From contig CAWBTT010000002.1 in assembly GCA_963791815.1 (NCBI GenBank), positions 472,086-536,085 of the forward strand: a stretch of 64,000 nucleotides of DNA, read 5' to 3'. Made by a program: the position numbers and the translations under genes. Of this stretch, positions 18,763-28,788 are shown piece after piece. The DNA is from an uncultured Candidatus Micrarchaeota archaeon. GTDB lineage: Archaea > Micrarchaeota > Micrarchaeia > Anstonellales > Bilamarchaeaceae. Every line of letters starts with the position of its first letter. The first letter of the stretch is position 1. Below the pieces are notes generated by a model. The model worked only from the letters and a program-made list of their open reading frames with translations, was not told the origin of the DNA and ran no database searches.

Positions 18763-19407
18763 TCACCTGAGGAACCTCGCATCAACAATATCGCACCCTT
18801 TCTCGTCACATACAACAGGGTTCAGATCGAGCTCCTTCAAATCCTCCTTTTGCATAAACCTGCAAGTGTTCAGAACCAGCTCAATAATCTTCTTCTTGTT
18901 GATTGGTTTTCTGCCCCTGGCACCATCAATTATTGGGTGCGCTTTAAGCTCTGAAATCATCTCCTGGATATCTACAGTTTCAAGGGGACAAATCCTTGCG
19001 CTGATGTCCTTGAAAATCTCGACGTATATTCCTCCCAAACCCAGAACCAGCATATGGCCGAACTGCGGGTCTTTTTTGCCGCCAATTATCAATTCGATTC
19101 CCTTTCTCGACATCTTCTGAACAAGAATGCCATCCACGCACTTTCCTTTGGCCCCGGACATTATGTCTCTATAGGTGTGGCGCAGAATTTCATCACTAGT
19201 AACGTTGATTTTAACCCCGCCAAAATCAGTCTTATGTTCTATTTCCGGGGACACAATCTTCATAGCAACTGGGTACCCTATTTTTTTGGCAGCCTTTACC
19301 GCCTCATCCTCATCCTTTGCAAGAACGTACGGAAGTAGCCTAAAACCATGTTTTTCAAGGACAGAAAAATCCTCAGTAATCGTCATGAGCAGAACTAACC
19401 CGAGCAC
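18763..19407 (-). CDS. Acetyl-CoA synthetase (ADP-forming), beta subunit (ATP-grasp)
   Basis: ATP-grasp motifs GYPVAMKIVSPEIEHKTDFGGV, LVQKM ... GIELIIG. About 214 aa. Confidence 0.8.
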   Translation of the reverse strand: MLGLVLLMTITEDFSVLEKHGFRLLPYVLAKDEDEAVKAAKKIGYPVAMKIVSPEIEHKTDFGGVKINVTSDEILRHTYRDIMSGAKGKCVDGILVQKMSRKGIELIIGGKKDPQFGHMLVLGLGGIYVEIFKDISARICPLETVDIQEMISELKAHPIIDGARGRKPINKKKIIELVLNTCRFMQKEDLKELDLNPVVCDEKGCDIVDARFLR

Positions 19408-19427
19408 CTTTAAATTTCTGCCGCCGT

Positions 19428-20501
19428 CTAAGCGAGGTCGCTCTTCTCAATCACACTAACTGGGGAAACATTATGTAGGGACGGGAACCCATGCTGCCTT
19501 GCAAGGGTCACGGTCTCCAATTCATAATTACGGACCTTTTTAAGGTCCCATTTTGAGACGAGCCCAAGGAATTCTGAGTTGTGCTCTATCCCCTCCTGCA
19601 CATATCTTCGGATTTCGTCATAGCCTGAGATGCCTGCCTGGCCTTCCGGATGAACGAACTTCTGGGCAAGTTCCATCGCAGCAGGCATTTCAACATCGTG
19701 CGTTCCTGCGATAAAGCACGCCACTGCGGCAGGGTCCAATTCAAGTCCTGCAACAGCCAGTGAGTATGCAAGTGCCCCTTGGAGGGTGTGGATGAAAGAA
19801 TCCTCACGATAATGTCTTGGCTGGACAGCCGAAAGGAAGTCTGCTGCCTTTGCTATGTTGGCTTGCGCTGGAAGGTCCATTCCCTTCAAAAGGCTCGGGT
19901 AGCTTGGCACCACAGTGTCTTTCCCATTGTACATTACGTGGTGGAGCCCAACCATGTCAAGCAGGACCTTTATCTCCCCATTTCCGCCGAAAAGTCTCAC
20001 ATACCTGGTTCCTGCAGAAAGGTGCTCATCACGCAAAACCCTCCTTTCGATATCATTCATTTTTTCTCCTTCAAACAATTTGAGGAAAAGTATGCTGACT
20101 CCAAGTTCCTTTACTATTAAGGACATTGGGAGAAGCGTCTTTCCAATATCGTGGAGTATGCCTCCCAGGTAAACTAGTTTTGGGTCTGGGCAGACATCAT
20201 AAACATTGTGGCGCTTTGCCTGCGCTGCCATGATATATGAGAAGAACCCAACCTCTGTCGAGTGCCTTCTCGTATATGTCCAATTAGCGCCGTTGCCTTC
20301 AGTTCCCAGCCTGGAAGCTGCCGAACTTACAAGCGCTCTAAGGCCCAATCCAACACCTCTTTCCCGCTCTTCAATGATCTGTTTTACTACGAATGTTCTT
20401 GTGATCCCTTCTACTGCAGGTTCTGAACCTTTCACCGCCTTGTAGAGCAATGCCTGTAACGGCTTCGCACGTGCGTGGTGCCGATAGTCTAAAGTCGCCA
20501 T
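19428..20501 (-). CDS. HD-domain metal-dependent phosphohydrolase
   Basis: LHDIGKTLLP H-D motif and downstream His/Asp residues. About 357 aa. Confidence 0.65.
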   Translation of the reverse strand: MATLDYRHHARAKPLQALLYKAVKGSEPAVEGITRTFVVKQIIEERERGVGLGLRALVSSAASRLGTEGNGANWTYTRRHSTEVGFFSYIMAAQAKRHNVYDVCPDPKLVYLGGILHDIGKTLLPMSLIVKELGVSILFLKLFEGEKMNDIERRVLRDEHLSAGTRYVRLFGGNGEIKVLLDMVGLHHVMYNGKDTVVPSYPSLLKGMDLPAQANIAKAADFLSAVQPRHYREDSFIHTLQGALAYSLAVAGLELDPAAVACFIAGTHDVEMPAAMELAQKFVHPEGQAGISGYDEIRRYVQEGIEHNSEFLGLVSKWDLKKVRNYELETVTLARQHGFPSLHNVSPVSVIEKSDLA

Positions 20502-20554
20502 GGTTCTGATTCCTTCACAATATTTTTATAACTAAACCCTAGATGTTTTAGATT

Positions 20555-21085
20555 ATGAAAATATATACTAAGTTCGGGGACACAGGAAACACAACGCTAC
20601 TTGGCGGCACAGTCGTTTCCAAGGACGAGCTCGCCGTAGAGGCATATGGCAGCGTGGATGAGCTCAACGCATTCCTGGGCACAGTACTTTCATTCAGCGA
20701 AATGACGGAAATTACAGAATCCATGAAAAGAATACAATCAGACCTATTCATTATCGGCGCAGAGCTTGCGTCTACTGAGAACAAGAAAACAATCTCCCCA
20801 ATGCGCATCAGCGAGCTTGAAGATGAGATAGACAAGCTTGCAGCAGAACTCCCCCCACTGAAGAATTTCATTCTTCCTGGTGGCAGCAAAACCGCGTCAT
20901 TGCTTCACCTTGCCCGCACAGTTTGCAGAAGGGCAGAACGAGAGGTTGTCGCACTTTCAAAAAAGGAAAAAGTCAACCCAATATCAATAACCTATCTGAA
21001 CCGTGTGGGGGACCTCTTATTCATGCGGGCCAGATATGTAAATTATAAGAAAAAGGTCAGAGAGACTATCTGGAAGGGGCACTAA
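20555..21085 (+). CDS. ATP:cob(I)alamin adenosyltransferase, PduO/MMAB type
   Basis: MKIYTKFGDTGNTTLLGG N-terminus and helical-bundle length (176 aa) typical of PduO-type ACA. Confidence 0.85.
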   Translation: MKIYTKFGDTGNTTLLGGTVVSKDELAVEAYGSVDELNAFLGTVLSFSEMTEITESMKRIQSDLFIIGAELASTENKKTISPMRISELEDEIDKLAAELPPLKNFILPGGSKTASLLHLARTVCRRAEREVVALSKKEKVNPISITYLNRVGDLLFMRARYVNYKKKVRETIWKGH

Positions 21086-21681
21086 TAGCGTTTTGCAGGA
21101 ACATCGACCTGTGACTGGCCCAGTTCTTTTCTTACTTCAAGCCATTGCCTCGTCTGCACAAAAGGCTCCTCTCCCATCCCTCGTGAAACAATGTCAAGCC
21201 CAGCCGAAGTCAGGAAATATTTCAGCAGAGTGCCGTCCTCACGGCAAATCAAACCATCTCTGCGCAGGCTCATCAGCCTTGCGTGAATCTTAAGATGACT
21301 AATCCCAAAAGCCTCTGCAATCTGGGTCGTTTCATTTATCCCGTTTTTTATCGACACGAGACATGCAATATCTGTTCCACAAAGACTGCCGGAAACACCG
21401 CCTTCGACCTTTACCGGACTGAACAAATCCGAATCATCCCACATTGCCCTGGACACTGCCTCAACTACTCCAGCAGCTTCCTTGACAAGCTGTTTGTGCA
21501 TTAACATCGCTGTGACCTGCCTCAGGGTCCCTGCCATTACTGTTCTTTCTTTTCCTTCATCTACGAGAACGCTGTATGCTGGCTTTTTGAAAACCTGTTT
21601 TATGCCGGTTACTCTGACCTTGCCTTCCGTTGCTTCTGCCCTCTTGACAAAAAGCCCTGATTGTGACTGAACGATTACCAT
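21082..21681 (-). CDS. Putative transcriptional regulator: N-terminal small-molecule-binding-like domain plus C-terminal winged HTH
   Basis: C-terminal NETTQIAEAFGISHLKIHARLMSLRRDGLI resembles a wHTH recognition helix. The N-terminal domain is unassigned (V4R-like?). Confidence 0.4.
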   Translation of the reverse strand: MVIVQSQSGLFVKRAEATEGKVRVTGIKQVFKKPAYSVLVDEGKERTVMAGTLRQVTAMLMHKQLVKEAAGVVEAVSRAMWDDSDLFSPVKVEGGVSGSLCGTDIACLVSIKNGINETTQIAEAFGISHLKIHARLMSLRRDGLICREDGTLLKYFLTSAGLDIVSRGMGEEPFVQTRQWLEVRKELGQSQVDVPAKRY

Positions 21682-21763
21682 AACATAAATGTTGTAAGAT
21701 GGTGTTTATTAATGTTTTTGTATGATACTATTTAGTTAAAAATGTTGGATGTGATATAAACTT

Positions 21764-22750
21764 ATGCGGGTGGAGGATCAAGTTTACGGTGAAATAGAAG
21801 TCTGCGACCCAGTACTTCTAGAACTACTGCGCTCCCCTAGCGTTGTCCGTCTGCAAGGTGTTCAGCAATATGGGATTCCCCAGGAATATCATCCGACCCC
21901 TGGTTTTACCAGATATGAGCATTCAGTGGGGGTTATGGTTCTTCTGAAAAGGCTTGGGGCTGGAATTACTGAGCAGATTGCGGGCCTTCTTCATGACATC
22001 TCACACACCGCGTTTTCGCATGTTACGGATTATCTCTGGATGGATGAGAAAGCGCAGGATGCGCGCCACCGGGAATACCTCCTCAAATCAGAGCTCCCAA
22101 TCATACTGGCACGGCACAACATCCGCGCTGAGGATGTGGCAACAATAGAATCGCACAGTCTTCTTGAGCGTGAAACTCCGGACCTTTGTGCTGACCGTGT
22201 GGACTATGCTCTGCGGGAGCTTGCTCTTGGCCCGAGGAAATCTCTGATTCCAACATACCTTGAGAGCCTCCGCGTGGTTGAGGGAAAAATAGTTTTTGCT
22301 GATTTTGCTAGTGCAAGGGAGTTTGCGCGCGATTATCTCTATATGCACAGTCTCAAATGGGCGGGTGTGGAAAAAACCGTGAGGCAGCACATATTTGCAG
22401 AGGCATTAAAATCGGCGCTCGAATGCAAAGCGCTGAAAGTCGCGGACCTTTTTGAAAATGATGGGTATGTGCTGGGAAAACTGCAGTCCTGCCAACATCC
22501 CAGAGTATGCGCTCTTCTGGACCTCCTTGCCTGCAAACTAAAACTTGAAAGCGATACTGATTCTCCAGACCTTATCCTTACACGAATGCAGCGCCATATA
22601 GATCCTGAGTTCATATCTAATGGGGGATTATTGCGTGTAAGTGGCCGCAGCACAACATACCGTAAAATGCTAGAGTTGCAAAGGCGGCTACACAACAAAG
22701 GGGTTCGGGTTAAAATCCAAGCAGAACCCCGCTGCAAGGCAGTTGCCTAG
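21764..22750 (+). CDS. HD superfamily phosphohydrolase (dGTPase-like HD fold)
   Basis: RYEHSVGV ... LLHDISHTAFSH ... CADRVDYALRE motif series. Confidence 0.8.
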   Translation: MRVEDQVYGEIEVCDPVLLELLRSPSVVRLQGVQQYGIPQEYHPTPGFTRYEHSVGVMVLLKRLGAGITEQIAGLLHDISHTAFSHVTDYLWMDEKAQDARHREYLLKSELPIILARHNIRAEDVATIESHSLLERETPDLCADRVDYALRELALGPRKSLIPTYLESLRVVEGKIVFADFASAREFARDYLYMHSLKWAGVEKTVRQHIFAEALKSALECKALKVADLFENDGYVLGKLQSCQHPRVCALLDLLACKLKLESDTDSPDLILTRMQRHIDPEFISNGGLLRVSGRSTTYRKMLELQRRLHNKGVRVKIQAEPRCKAVA

Positions 22751-22770
22751 GCGAACCCAGCAGCCGAACC

Positions 22771-23292
22771 CTATCCCACTTCATTTGCATGCGTTATGTT
22801 CTTGGACAGGTAAAGTGCGAAGAGGACCAGCACAGTGCCCAAAACCAGCAGCACCAATCCTAACTCGGCAACGAATATCCCTCCCAAAAGCAATGCAAAG
22901 CCGGCGATGAAAACCAGCCCCACAACCGGCATTGATACTGATGGCCTCATTTTGTCGAGTTTATCAACATCCTTGTCCGAGAGCCCCAACCCCTTTACTG
23001 TTATGTAATAGGCTATCGCACCAAAGATGCCGAAGAACATGGCAAATAAAATCCACAATATCTTGCCAACCAATCCTCGTTTTGATTTCAGGACATCAAA
23101 ACAAACAAGAATCGCAGCCCCGAGGGAAAGAAAAGAATACAGTATGATGAATGGGTAAGCAACAATCGCCAGGATGTCCCCAACTATTCCAGGCCCAAAG
23201 AGTTCACTATTCAGATAATAAGCTACCGAAAGCGCAATCACAATCAGAAAAACAAAAACAGCCGCAATTGCCGTTGATTTGATATTTTCCAT
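22771..23292 (-). CDS. Hypothetical polytopic membrane protein
   Basis: 173 aa with 5-6 hydrophobic helices. No motif recognised. Confidence 0.45.
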   Translation of the reverse strand: MENIKSTAIAAVFVFLIVIALSVAYYLNSELFGPGIVGDILAIVAYPFIILYSFLSLGAAILVCFDVLKSKRGLVGKILWILFAMFFGIFGAIAYYITVKGLGLSDKDVDKLDKMRPSVSMPVVGLVFIAGFALLLGGIFVAELGLVLLVLGTVLVLFALYLSKNITHANEVG

Positions 23293-23297
23293 TCAAT

Positions 23298-23984
23298 CTA
23301 CCTTCTCTTTGTATATCTGAAAACATGCCCGAAGAGGTCTGCCAGCGTTTTAATCCCCATGAATATCACCAGCCCAGACATCTTGATTATCTGCACCGCC
23401 AGGGAACCCGTGCCTTCCAGACTGCCAGCAATGGCTATAACTGGAAGAAGAGGCATCAATATGAATCCGGATGCTATTATCGCAATATGCATCGGAATAA
23501 TCCGGTTGTAAGGCTCGCTCATGAACCTGCTCCTGTTTTCCTTCGTGTTGGCCATCCTTTCAGGGGTCTGCAGCATGTTTTTCAAGAATGAGAATCCGTG
23601 GCTGAGAACTAGGATTCCAGTTAGGATGAAAACGTCTGGGAAGTTGGACATGTCGGGCGTGAACCAGGGAAGCACGTAAAGGAAAATCGCGTAACCTGCA
23701 TGGAAAAAACCATAATGAAAACAGAAGAATGCCCCCATCCCGAACGCGGACATTGCATTCGCCGCATCCCTCTGCAATAGCGACCTTCCAGACATGGCCC
23801 AGAGGGTGAGGACAGTGAACCCTCCTATCACAATGCTCTCGAGCCAGTATGCCCACACCACTGAAGACGGGTCCATCTGCAGGACGATGGCAATAATTAT
23901 CGTCATAAAATTGGTGAGCACCAGCATCTTGGCAGAAGGCAGGCGCAACTCAATTCTTTTTTGAATGTCTGCAAGCTGCATCAA
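23298..23984 (-). CDS. Hypothetical polytopic membrane protein
   Basis: 228 aa with multiple TM helices. No motif recognised. Confidence 0.45.
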   Translation of the reverse strand: MMQLADIQKRIELRLPSAKMLVLTNFMTIIIAIVLQMDPSSVVWAYWLESIVIGGFTVLTLWAMSGRSLLQRDAANAMSAFGMGAFFCFHYGFFHAGYAIFLYVLPWFTPDMSNFPDVFILTGILVLSHGFSFLKNMLQTPERMANTKENRSRFMSEPYNRIIPMHIAIIASGFILMPLLPVIAIAGSLEGTGSLAVQIIKMSGLVIFMGIKTLADLFGHVFRYTKRR

Positions 23985-24155
23985 AAGAAAACTGTGCAGG
24001 AACCAATTAAACGATTGTTATTGTGTCAGGCCGCTCGTTTGTGGGGGCCATGGATTGCACTCATTAGGCCCGCGTTTATCTGCCATCTAAGGTCCAGGTG
24101 CAATGGCCCGGCATCTTCATTTCCATGATTTGGTAACATTTTTAAACCATATGTT

Positions 24156-24173
24156 ACATAAGTATACTTATGT
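24156..24173. promoter_or_regulatory. Perfect 18-bp palindrome ACATAAGTATACTTATGT overlapping the antitoxin start codon (putative TA operator), with a TATA-like TTTTTAAACC about 20 nt upstream
   Basis: Seen directly in the sequence. The arrangement is typical of autoregulated type II TA operons. Confidence 0.5.
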
Positions 24174-24388
24174 ATACAACTGTCAAGATTACAGAGGAGC
24201 TCAAACATAAACTGGACCAGATGAAGCTTCAGGACAGCGAGAGCTATGCAGATGTGATAGAGGACTTGATAGAGGATAGGCTTTCCCTCAATCCCGATTT
24301 CATAAAAGAAATCGAAGAGAGGCGAAAAGAGCACAAGAAAGGCAAGACAATCTCTTTGGAAGATCTGAAAAAAGAAACAGGTCTCTGA
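24170..24388 (+). CDS. Type II antitoxin (RelB/DinJ-like), 72 aa
   Basis: Small acidic protein immediately upstream of and abutting the RelE-like toxin (TGA then ATG adjacent). Confidence 0.65.
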   Translation: MYTTVKITEELKHKLDQMKLQDSESYADVIEDLIEDRLSLNPDFIKEIEERRKEHKKGKTISLEDLKKETGL

Positions 24389-24640
24389 ATGTATAAGATT
24401 GAATTTGTCGAACCGGCCCAGAAAGAGTTCAAGCAACTCAGTAAAGAAAATCAGAAAAGAGCACTTGCAGTTCTTGATCGCATACGCGTAAGGCCATATG
24501 AATTTGCACTGAGGTTGAGCGGCTCCAAAGCATACCGCATCAGGGCAGGCAAGCTACGCATCATCGCCGATATTATTGAAAAAGAAAAACTAATCTTGGT
24601 TCTAAAAATTGGAAATCGGGAAACTGTTTATTTGCCATAA
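24389..24640 (+). CDS. Type II toxin, RelE/ParE family
   Basis: C-terminal YRIRAGKLRIIADIIEKEKLILVLKIGNRETVY matches the RelE core (YRxRxGxYRxIYxI ... IxIGHR). Confidence 0.8.
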   Translation: MYKIEFVEPAQKEFKQLSKENQKRALAVLDRIRVRPYEFALRLSGSKAYRIRAGKLRIIADIIEKEKLILVLKIGNRETVYLP

Positions 24641-24870
24641 TGTGTCAGACCGCACGTCACTAATCATCGCCTTCACTGTGGCCGGGTTTCCCCTGGTCCC
24701 AAACACACTGACGCATGAATGGGACACTGGCTTAGAGCTAAGCTCAGTGATCACCGTTATCATCATCCACAGAACTATTCTGTTTTTTCTTTTTTTATCT
24801 CTATGGGCAGAATTGCCCGTGCAAAAAGACGCCTCCTGTGGGCCTCTACCTGGCTCTGAAAATCCAAAGT

Positions 24871-26373
24871 TCAGATGGCATTTTTAATCTCAGGATAAAG
24901 CTCCGGGAACTGCGAGAGCCAATCCCGCCTCTCCTTCCTCAGCTCCTCCACCATCTCCTTGAACTTCTCTTCAGTGTAATGCGCGCTTGGGTGGAACTTG
25001 GAGACATCCATCCCAGGGCAACTTTCAAGGACCTCATAATCCCAGTGCTTGCTTTTCACCCATTTCACAGTGCCCCTTGCAATCTCCCTCATTATGGTTG
25101 CTGAATCGTGGACAGTTATCTTCTCTCCGGGGTCCCCATCATTCTTTCCGACCATGCCAGTATTGAGCAAATAACATTCCATGTGGGGATTGGCCTTCAG
25201 GATATCGTAGAACCTGTTTCCTTCCTCATGCTTTGGTCCTATTATGAATGGGTTGGTGCCGACAACCCTCCTTGACTTTCCAGGGTCAACATCTGATGCA
25301 GAGCTCCCAATCGACTCTCCAAGCATGAAGAATGCCGCTCCCATCTCTCTTGATAGCCTGGCAACTGGGGGCACAATCGTATTCCTCCTGGTTATGAAGA
25401 GGACCATATGCACTTTCGGCAGGTCAATGGATATGCCCGTATGCCTCATCTCGCTTCGCAGTACGACTGCCCTCCCATTGGTAGTTATTGAAGTGTCAAA
25501 AAAATCCAATTCCCCGCCAGGAAGAAGTTTGACATTTTCAAACAGGACATTTGGGGTCATTGCGGCTTCATAGAGAACTGGCTGGTTCTCAGACTCCAGG
25601 CCATCCGTTTTGATATAGAAATTCTTCTCTGTTCCGACGCAGTAAGTGTCATTCTGCATCAATACGACATCGTCCTGTCGGATTGCCACACCCTCTCTCT
25701 TTTTTGCATCCAACCAATGGTGGTGGCATGTAAGGGTTGTCTTGCCCGTTGCGCTGAGCCCAAATAATATCACTCCCCGTTCTCTCAGATTCCCTTCATT
25801 ATCCACTGCCCTGATGAGTTTTGAGCCTGCGTGCAGCCCGAGCCCACCTTCCTGCTTTGTCCTGTACATGGCCATTCTGAGGTTGGCTTTTTTCATCTCT
25901 CCGGTGTAATCTGATCCCAAGACAAACGTAATCCCACTCTCAGGGTCAACCAAAATCTTTGTCTGGGGCCACTCTGGTATCTGGAGAGTGACAAAATCAG
26001 GAAATTCCGACTTAATGGTCTGGAAGAGCATTGTCCCCCACATGTATGCTATATGTGCATATTCAGCTGAAACAATTGCCCTGCAGCGATATGGCTTGGT
26101 AATGCACATCTGTCTATCCAGCTGAATGAGTTTTTTTCCTTTAAGATATTCTACGATTTTGTTTACTAGTTCCATGTGCTCTTGCGAAGGTCCCTGCTCA
26201 AGCACCTCAGTATATTTGGCGCTCCTTCCCTTGATTTTTGTCCCATAGACGATACTGCCATTGGCAGATATCTGGTCTTCTTTTGAAGCCATCCCTCTTA
26301 GTCTCTCAGGGGAGGGGTTCAGGATTATCTCTGCATTGTCGATTATTGCCTCTAAGGCTTTCTTGAATGGCAT
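24871..26373 (-). CDS. pckA: Phosphoenolpyruvate carboxykinase (ATP)
   Basis: Kinase-1a P-loop FGLSATGKTTL, about 500 aa, conserved PckA blocks. Confidence 0.9.
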   Translation of the reverse strand: MPFKKALEAIIDNAEIILNPSPERLRGMASKEDQISANGSIVYGTKIKGRSAKYTEVLEQGPSQEHMELVNKIVEYLKGKKLIQLDRQMCITKPYRCRAIVSAEYAHIAYMWGTMLFQTIKSEFPDFVTLQIPEWPQTKILVDPESGITFVLGSDYTGEMKKANLRMAMYRTKQEGGLGLHAGSKLIRAVDNEGNLRERGVILFGLSATGKTTLTCHHHWLDAKKREGVAIRQDDVVLMQNDTYCVGTEKNFYIKTDGLESENQPVLYEAAMTPNVLFENVKLLPGGELDFFDTSITTNGRAVVLRSEMRHTGISIDLPKVHMVLFITRRNTIVPPVARLSREMGAAFFMLGESIGSSASDVDPGKSRRVVGTNPFIIGPKHEEGNRFYDILKANPHMECYLLNTGMVGKNDGDPGEKITVHDSATIMREIARGTVKWVKSKHWDYEVLESCPGMDVSKFHPSAHYTEEKFKEMVEELRKERRDWLSQFPELYPEIKNAI

Positions 26374-26499
26374 AACCTAAAAATCTCCGTTATCCTTTTT
26401 ATTTCTGTCTTGTGGGGAGCTTTCCCGAAGCAGTTGATATCCTCTGAAAAATTCCTTTTCGTAGACCTTTTTTATCCCTTTCCTGCGAATACTAATCCA

Positions 26500-28788
26500 A
26501 TGATTAATTCTATTCGCCTTGTCAACTGGCGTTCACATTCTGATACTGCCCTTGAGTTTCGCAGCGGCACCAACCTGCTAGTGGGCATAATGGGCGCTGG
26601 CAAATCCAGCATTCTCGAAGGCATCAGCTTTGCCCTTTTCGGGACATTCCCGGCACTTGAGCGGCGAAAACTGAAGATTGACAATCTTGTGCGTCTCAAT
26701 GAGCCAAGCTCCAAAATACTCATTGAATTCTCTTGGGAAGGGTCAAAATATCTGGTGGAACGCGAAATCGAGAGGAAGAAAAACAGTACATCCACAAAGG
26801 CCGAAATTTTCAAGGATGGCCAGCTTGTGGAAAATGGCACATCTGCCGTTAACAGCTATGTTGAGAATCTGACTTCTGTTGATTACGATCTCTTCACCAG
26901 GGCAATCTACTCAGAACAAAACAACATAGAATATTTTCTCAACCTCGACCCAAGAAGAAGAAAACAGGAAATCGATACCCTCCTTGGTCTTGACCGCTTT
27001 GAGACTGCACGGGCAAATATGGTTACAGTGACAGGCAGAATCAAGACAAAAAAACAAACCTTGGAAGAGAATTTCAGTTCTGAGAAACTAACAGAACTTG
27101 AAACTCAGAAAAAGGAGAATTCACAGAAACTTGCTGATTCTGAAAAGAAACTCGCCGAGACAGCAGCTAAGCTAGAAGAAAACCAAAAGCGTTCTGCAGG
27201 CCTTGTAGAATCCTTTGAGAAGATGAAAAAACAGAAGGAAACATTTGAGCGGCTGGAGAAGGAATCAATCCGCCTCGCAGCCAACCTCGATTCTCTTGAG
27301 AAAGAAACCATTCCGGTTGATGAAAAACAGTTTGAAGAAACCCGCGGCAGGCTTTCCAAACTGGTTGAAGAGAGAAATAAACAATCAGAATCACTGCGTT
27401 CTCTTGATTCGCAGAACGCAGAACTCTCAAAGAAATCCGGGTCCATTGCCGCAGAAATAAAATCTACTCAGGAATCCAAAATCAGAATCGAAAAACTCAG
27501 AGCCGAACTCAATTCAATTCTTGGCCAAAGCACTCTTGATTCTCTTGAGGCAAAATCAAAAGAGCTTGAGCAATCCCTGCTCTCACATCAATCCGAGCAA
27601 CAATCCCTGAAGCAGCAGATTACTGAAATATCAGACGTATTGGCAAAACTCAAACCTGGCATGGCAGAATGTCCGCTCTGTTCATCTGCCCTTAGCGGAG
27701 ATTCCCTCTCACACATCAAAAACGAGCGCACATCTTTGATTTGCGCAAAAGAAAAACGAATCACTGAACTTTCAACACTTCTTGAAAAAAGCAAAAAAGA
27801 CAAGGCCAGCGTTATGCAGGCTCTGCAGCGCGCATCCACAATATCGAGCACCATCTCAAACACGGAAACTAAGGATGTTGCTGCCTTGGAATCATCTGCA
27901 ACTCAGATAAAAACCGAACTCACATCGCTTGAGGAGAAAAAGAAAACAACTCAAGGTGCCCTGGATGCAGTGTCCAAGGAAATGGAGGCGCTGAGACTTG
28001 AAATCAGTAAGATTGAGGAGATGCTGAAAAAAATGAAGCAGCTTGATGAGTCGCGGAAAAAATTCTCGGAAACAAAAACACAACTAGACTCCATCAAATT
28101 CGATTCAAAGGAATTCGAGGCGCTAAGGGAAAATGCGGAGGCTGCCCGTCTCGAAGCCGAACGCATGAAATCTGCAAAAACTATTCTGGAGAATGAAAAA
28201 AAATCCGCCGCAGAAGTTCTCCAGATTGTAAGGAAGGAAATTTCTGCACTTGGAGAAACCAAAAAACAAATAGCAGATTTATACTCTCTTGATGAAGAGC
28301 TTGCCATTTACCGCAACGCCTTGCTTGAGACCCAAGTCACTCTCAGGGGCAGTATGACTGATGCAATCAACGGCGCAATGAACGAAATCTGGCCCATCTT
28401 CTACCCTTACCATAACTACCGGGCCCTTCGCCTGAATGTAAGTGAAAAAGACTATGTCTTTGAAGTGAATGATGGGGAATGGAAAAACCTCGACAGCATT
28501 GCAAGCGGCGGGGAGCGGGCAAGCGCAGCGCTGACCCTCAGGGTCGCGCTAGCAATGGTTCTGACGCCAAAACTCAGCTGGCTTATTCTTGATGAGCCAA
28601 CCCACAATCTGGATTCTCAGGCTGTGGAGCTACTCTCATCTGCGCTGCAGTTCAAGGTTCCAGAAGTAGTGCGGCAGACATTTGTCATTACGCACGATGA
28701 AAATTTCATGGGCTCTGACTTTGCCTCAAGCTACAGGTTAACTAGAGATAAGGAAAATAATGGCTCTACAAAAGCAGAATCGATTTAG
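26500..28788 (+). CDS. rad50: Rad50-type SMC ATPase (DNA double-strand break repair)
   Basis: N-terminal Walker A GIMGAGKSSILEGI, long coiled coil with central zinc-hook CPLC (AECPLCSSAL), C-terminal signature SGGE, Walker B LILDEPT, H-loop ITHD. Start taken at MINSIRLVNWRSH. The ORF track starts 90 nt upstream. Confidence 0.8.
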   Translation: MINSIRLVNWRSHSDTALEFRSGTNLLVGIMGAGKSSILEGISFALFGTFPALERRKLKIDNLVRLNEPSSKILIEFSWEGSKYLVEREIERKKNSTSTKAEIFKDGQLVENGTSAVNSYVENLTSVDYDLFTRAIYSEQNNIEYFLNLDPRRRKQEIDTLLGLDRFETARANMVTVTGRIKTKKQTLEENFSSEKLTELETQKKENSQKLADSEKKLAETAAKLEENQKRSAGLVESFEKMKKQKETFERLEKESIRLAANLDSLEKETIPVDEKQFEETRGRLSKLVEERNKQSESLRSLDSQNAELSKKSGSIAAEIKSTQESKIRIEKLRAELNSILGQSTLDSLEAKSKELEQSLLSHQSEQQSLKQQITEISDVLAKLKPGMAECPLCSSALSGDSLSHIKNERTSLICAKEKRITELSTLLEKSKKDKASVMQALQRASTISSTISNTETKDVAALESSATQIKTELTSLEEKKKTTQGALDAVSKEMEALRLEISKIEEMLKKMKQLDESRKKFSETKTQLDSIKFDSKEFEALRENAEAARLEAERMKSAKTILENEKKSAAEVLQIVRKEISALGETKKQIADLYSLDEELAIYRNALLETQVTLRGSMTDAINGAMNEIWPIFYPYHNYRALRLNVSEKDYVFEVNDGEWKNLDSIASGGERASAALTLRVALAMVLTPKLSWLILDEPTHNLDSQAVELLSSALQFKVPEVVRQTFVITHDENFMGSDFASSYRLTRDKENNGSTKAESI

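Noticed and set aside
19428-20501. HD-GYP (c-di-GMP phosphodiesterase) assignment for the HD protein
   Set aside because: Only the HD dyad is clear. A convincing HHExxDGxGYP motif is not present, so it is kept as a generic HD-domain hydrolase.
23985-24140. Imperfect hairpin GGGGGCCATGGATTGCAC ... GTGCAATGGCCCGGC upstream of the membrane protein and relB promoters
   Set aside because: Stem is interrupted by a 4-nt bulge with a roughly 38-nt loop and lacks a following T-tract. Could be incidental.
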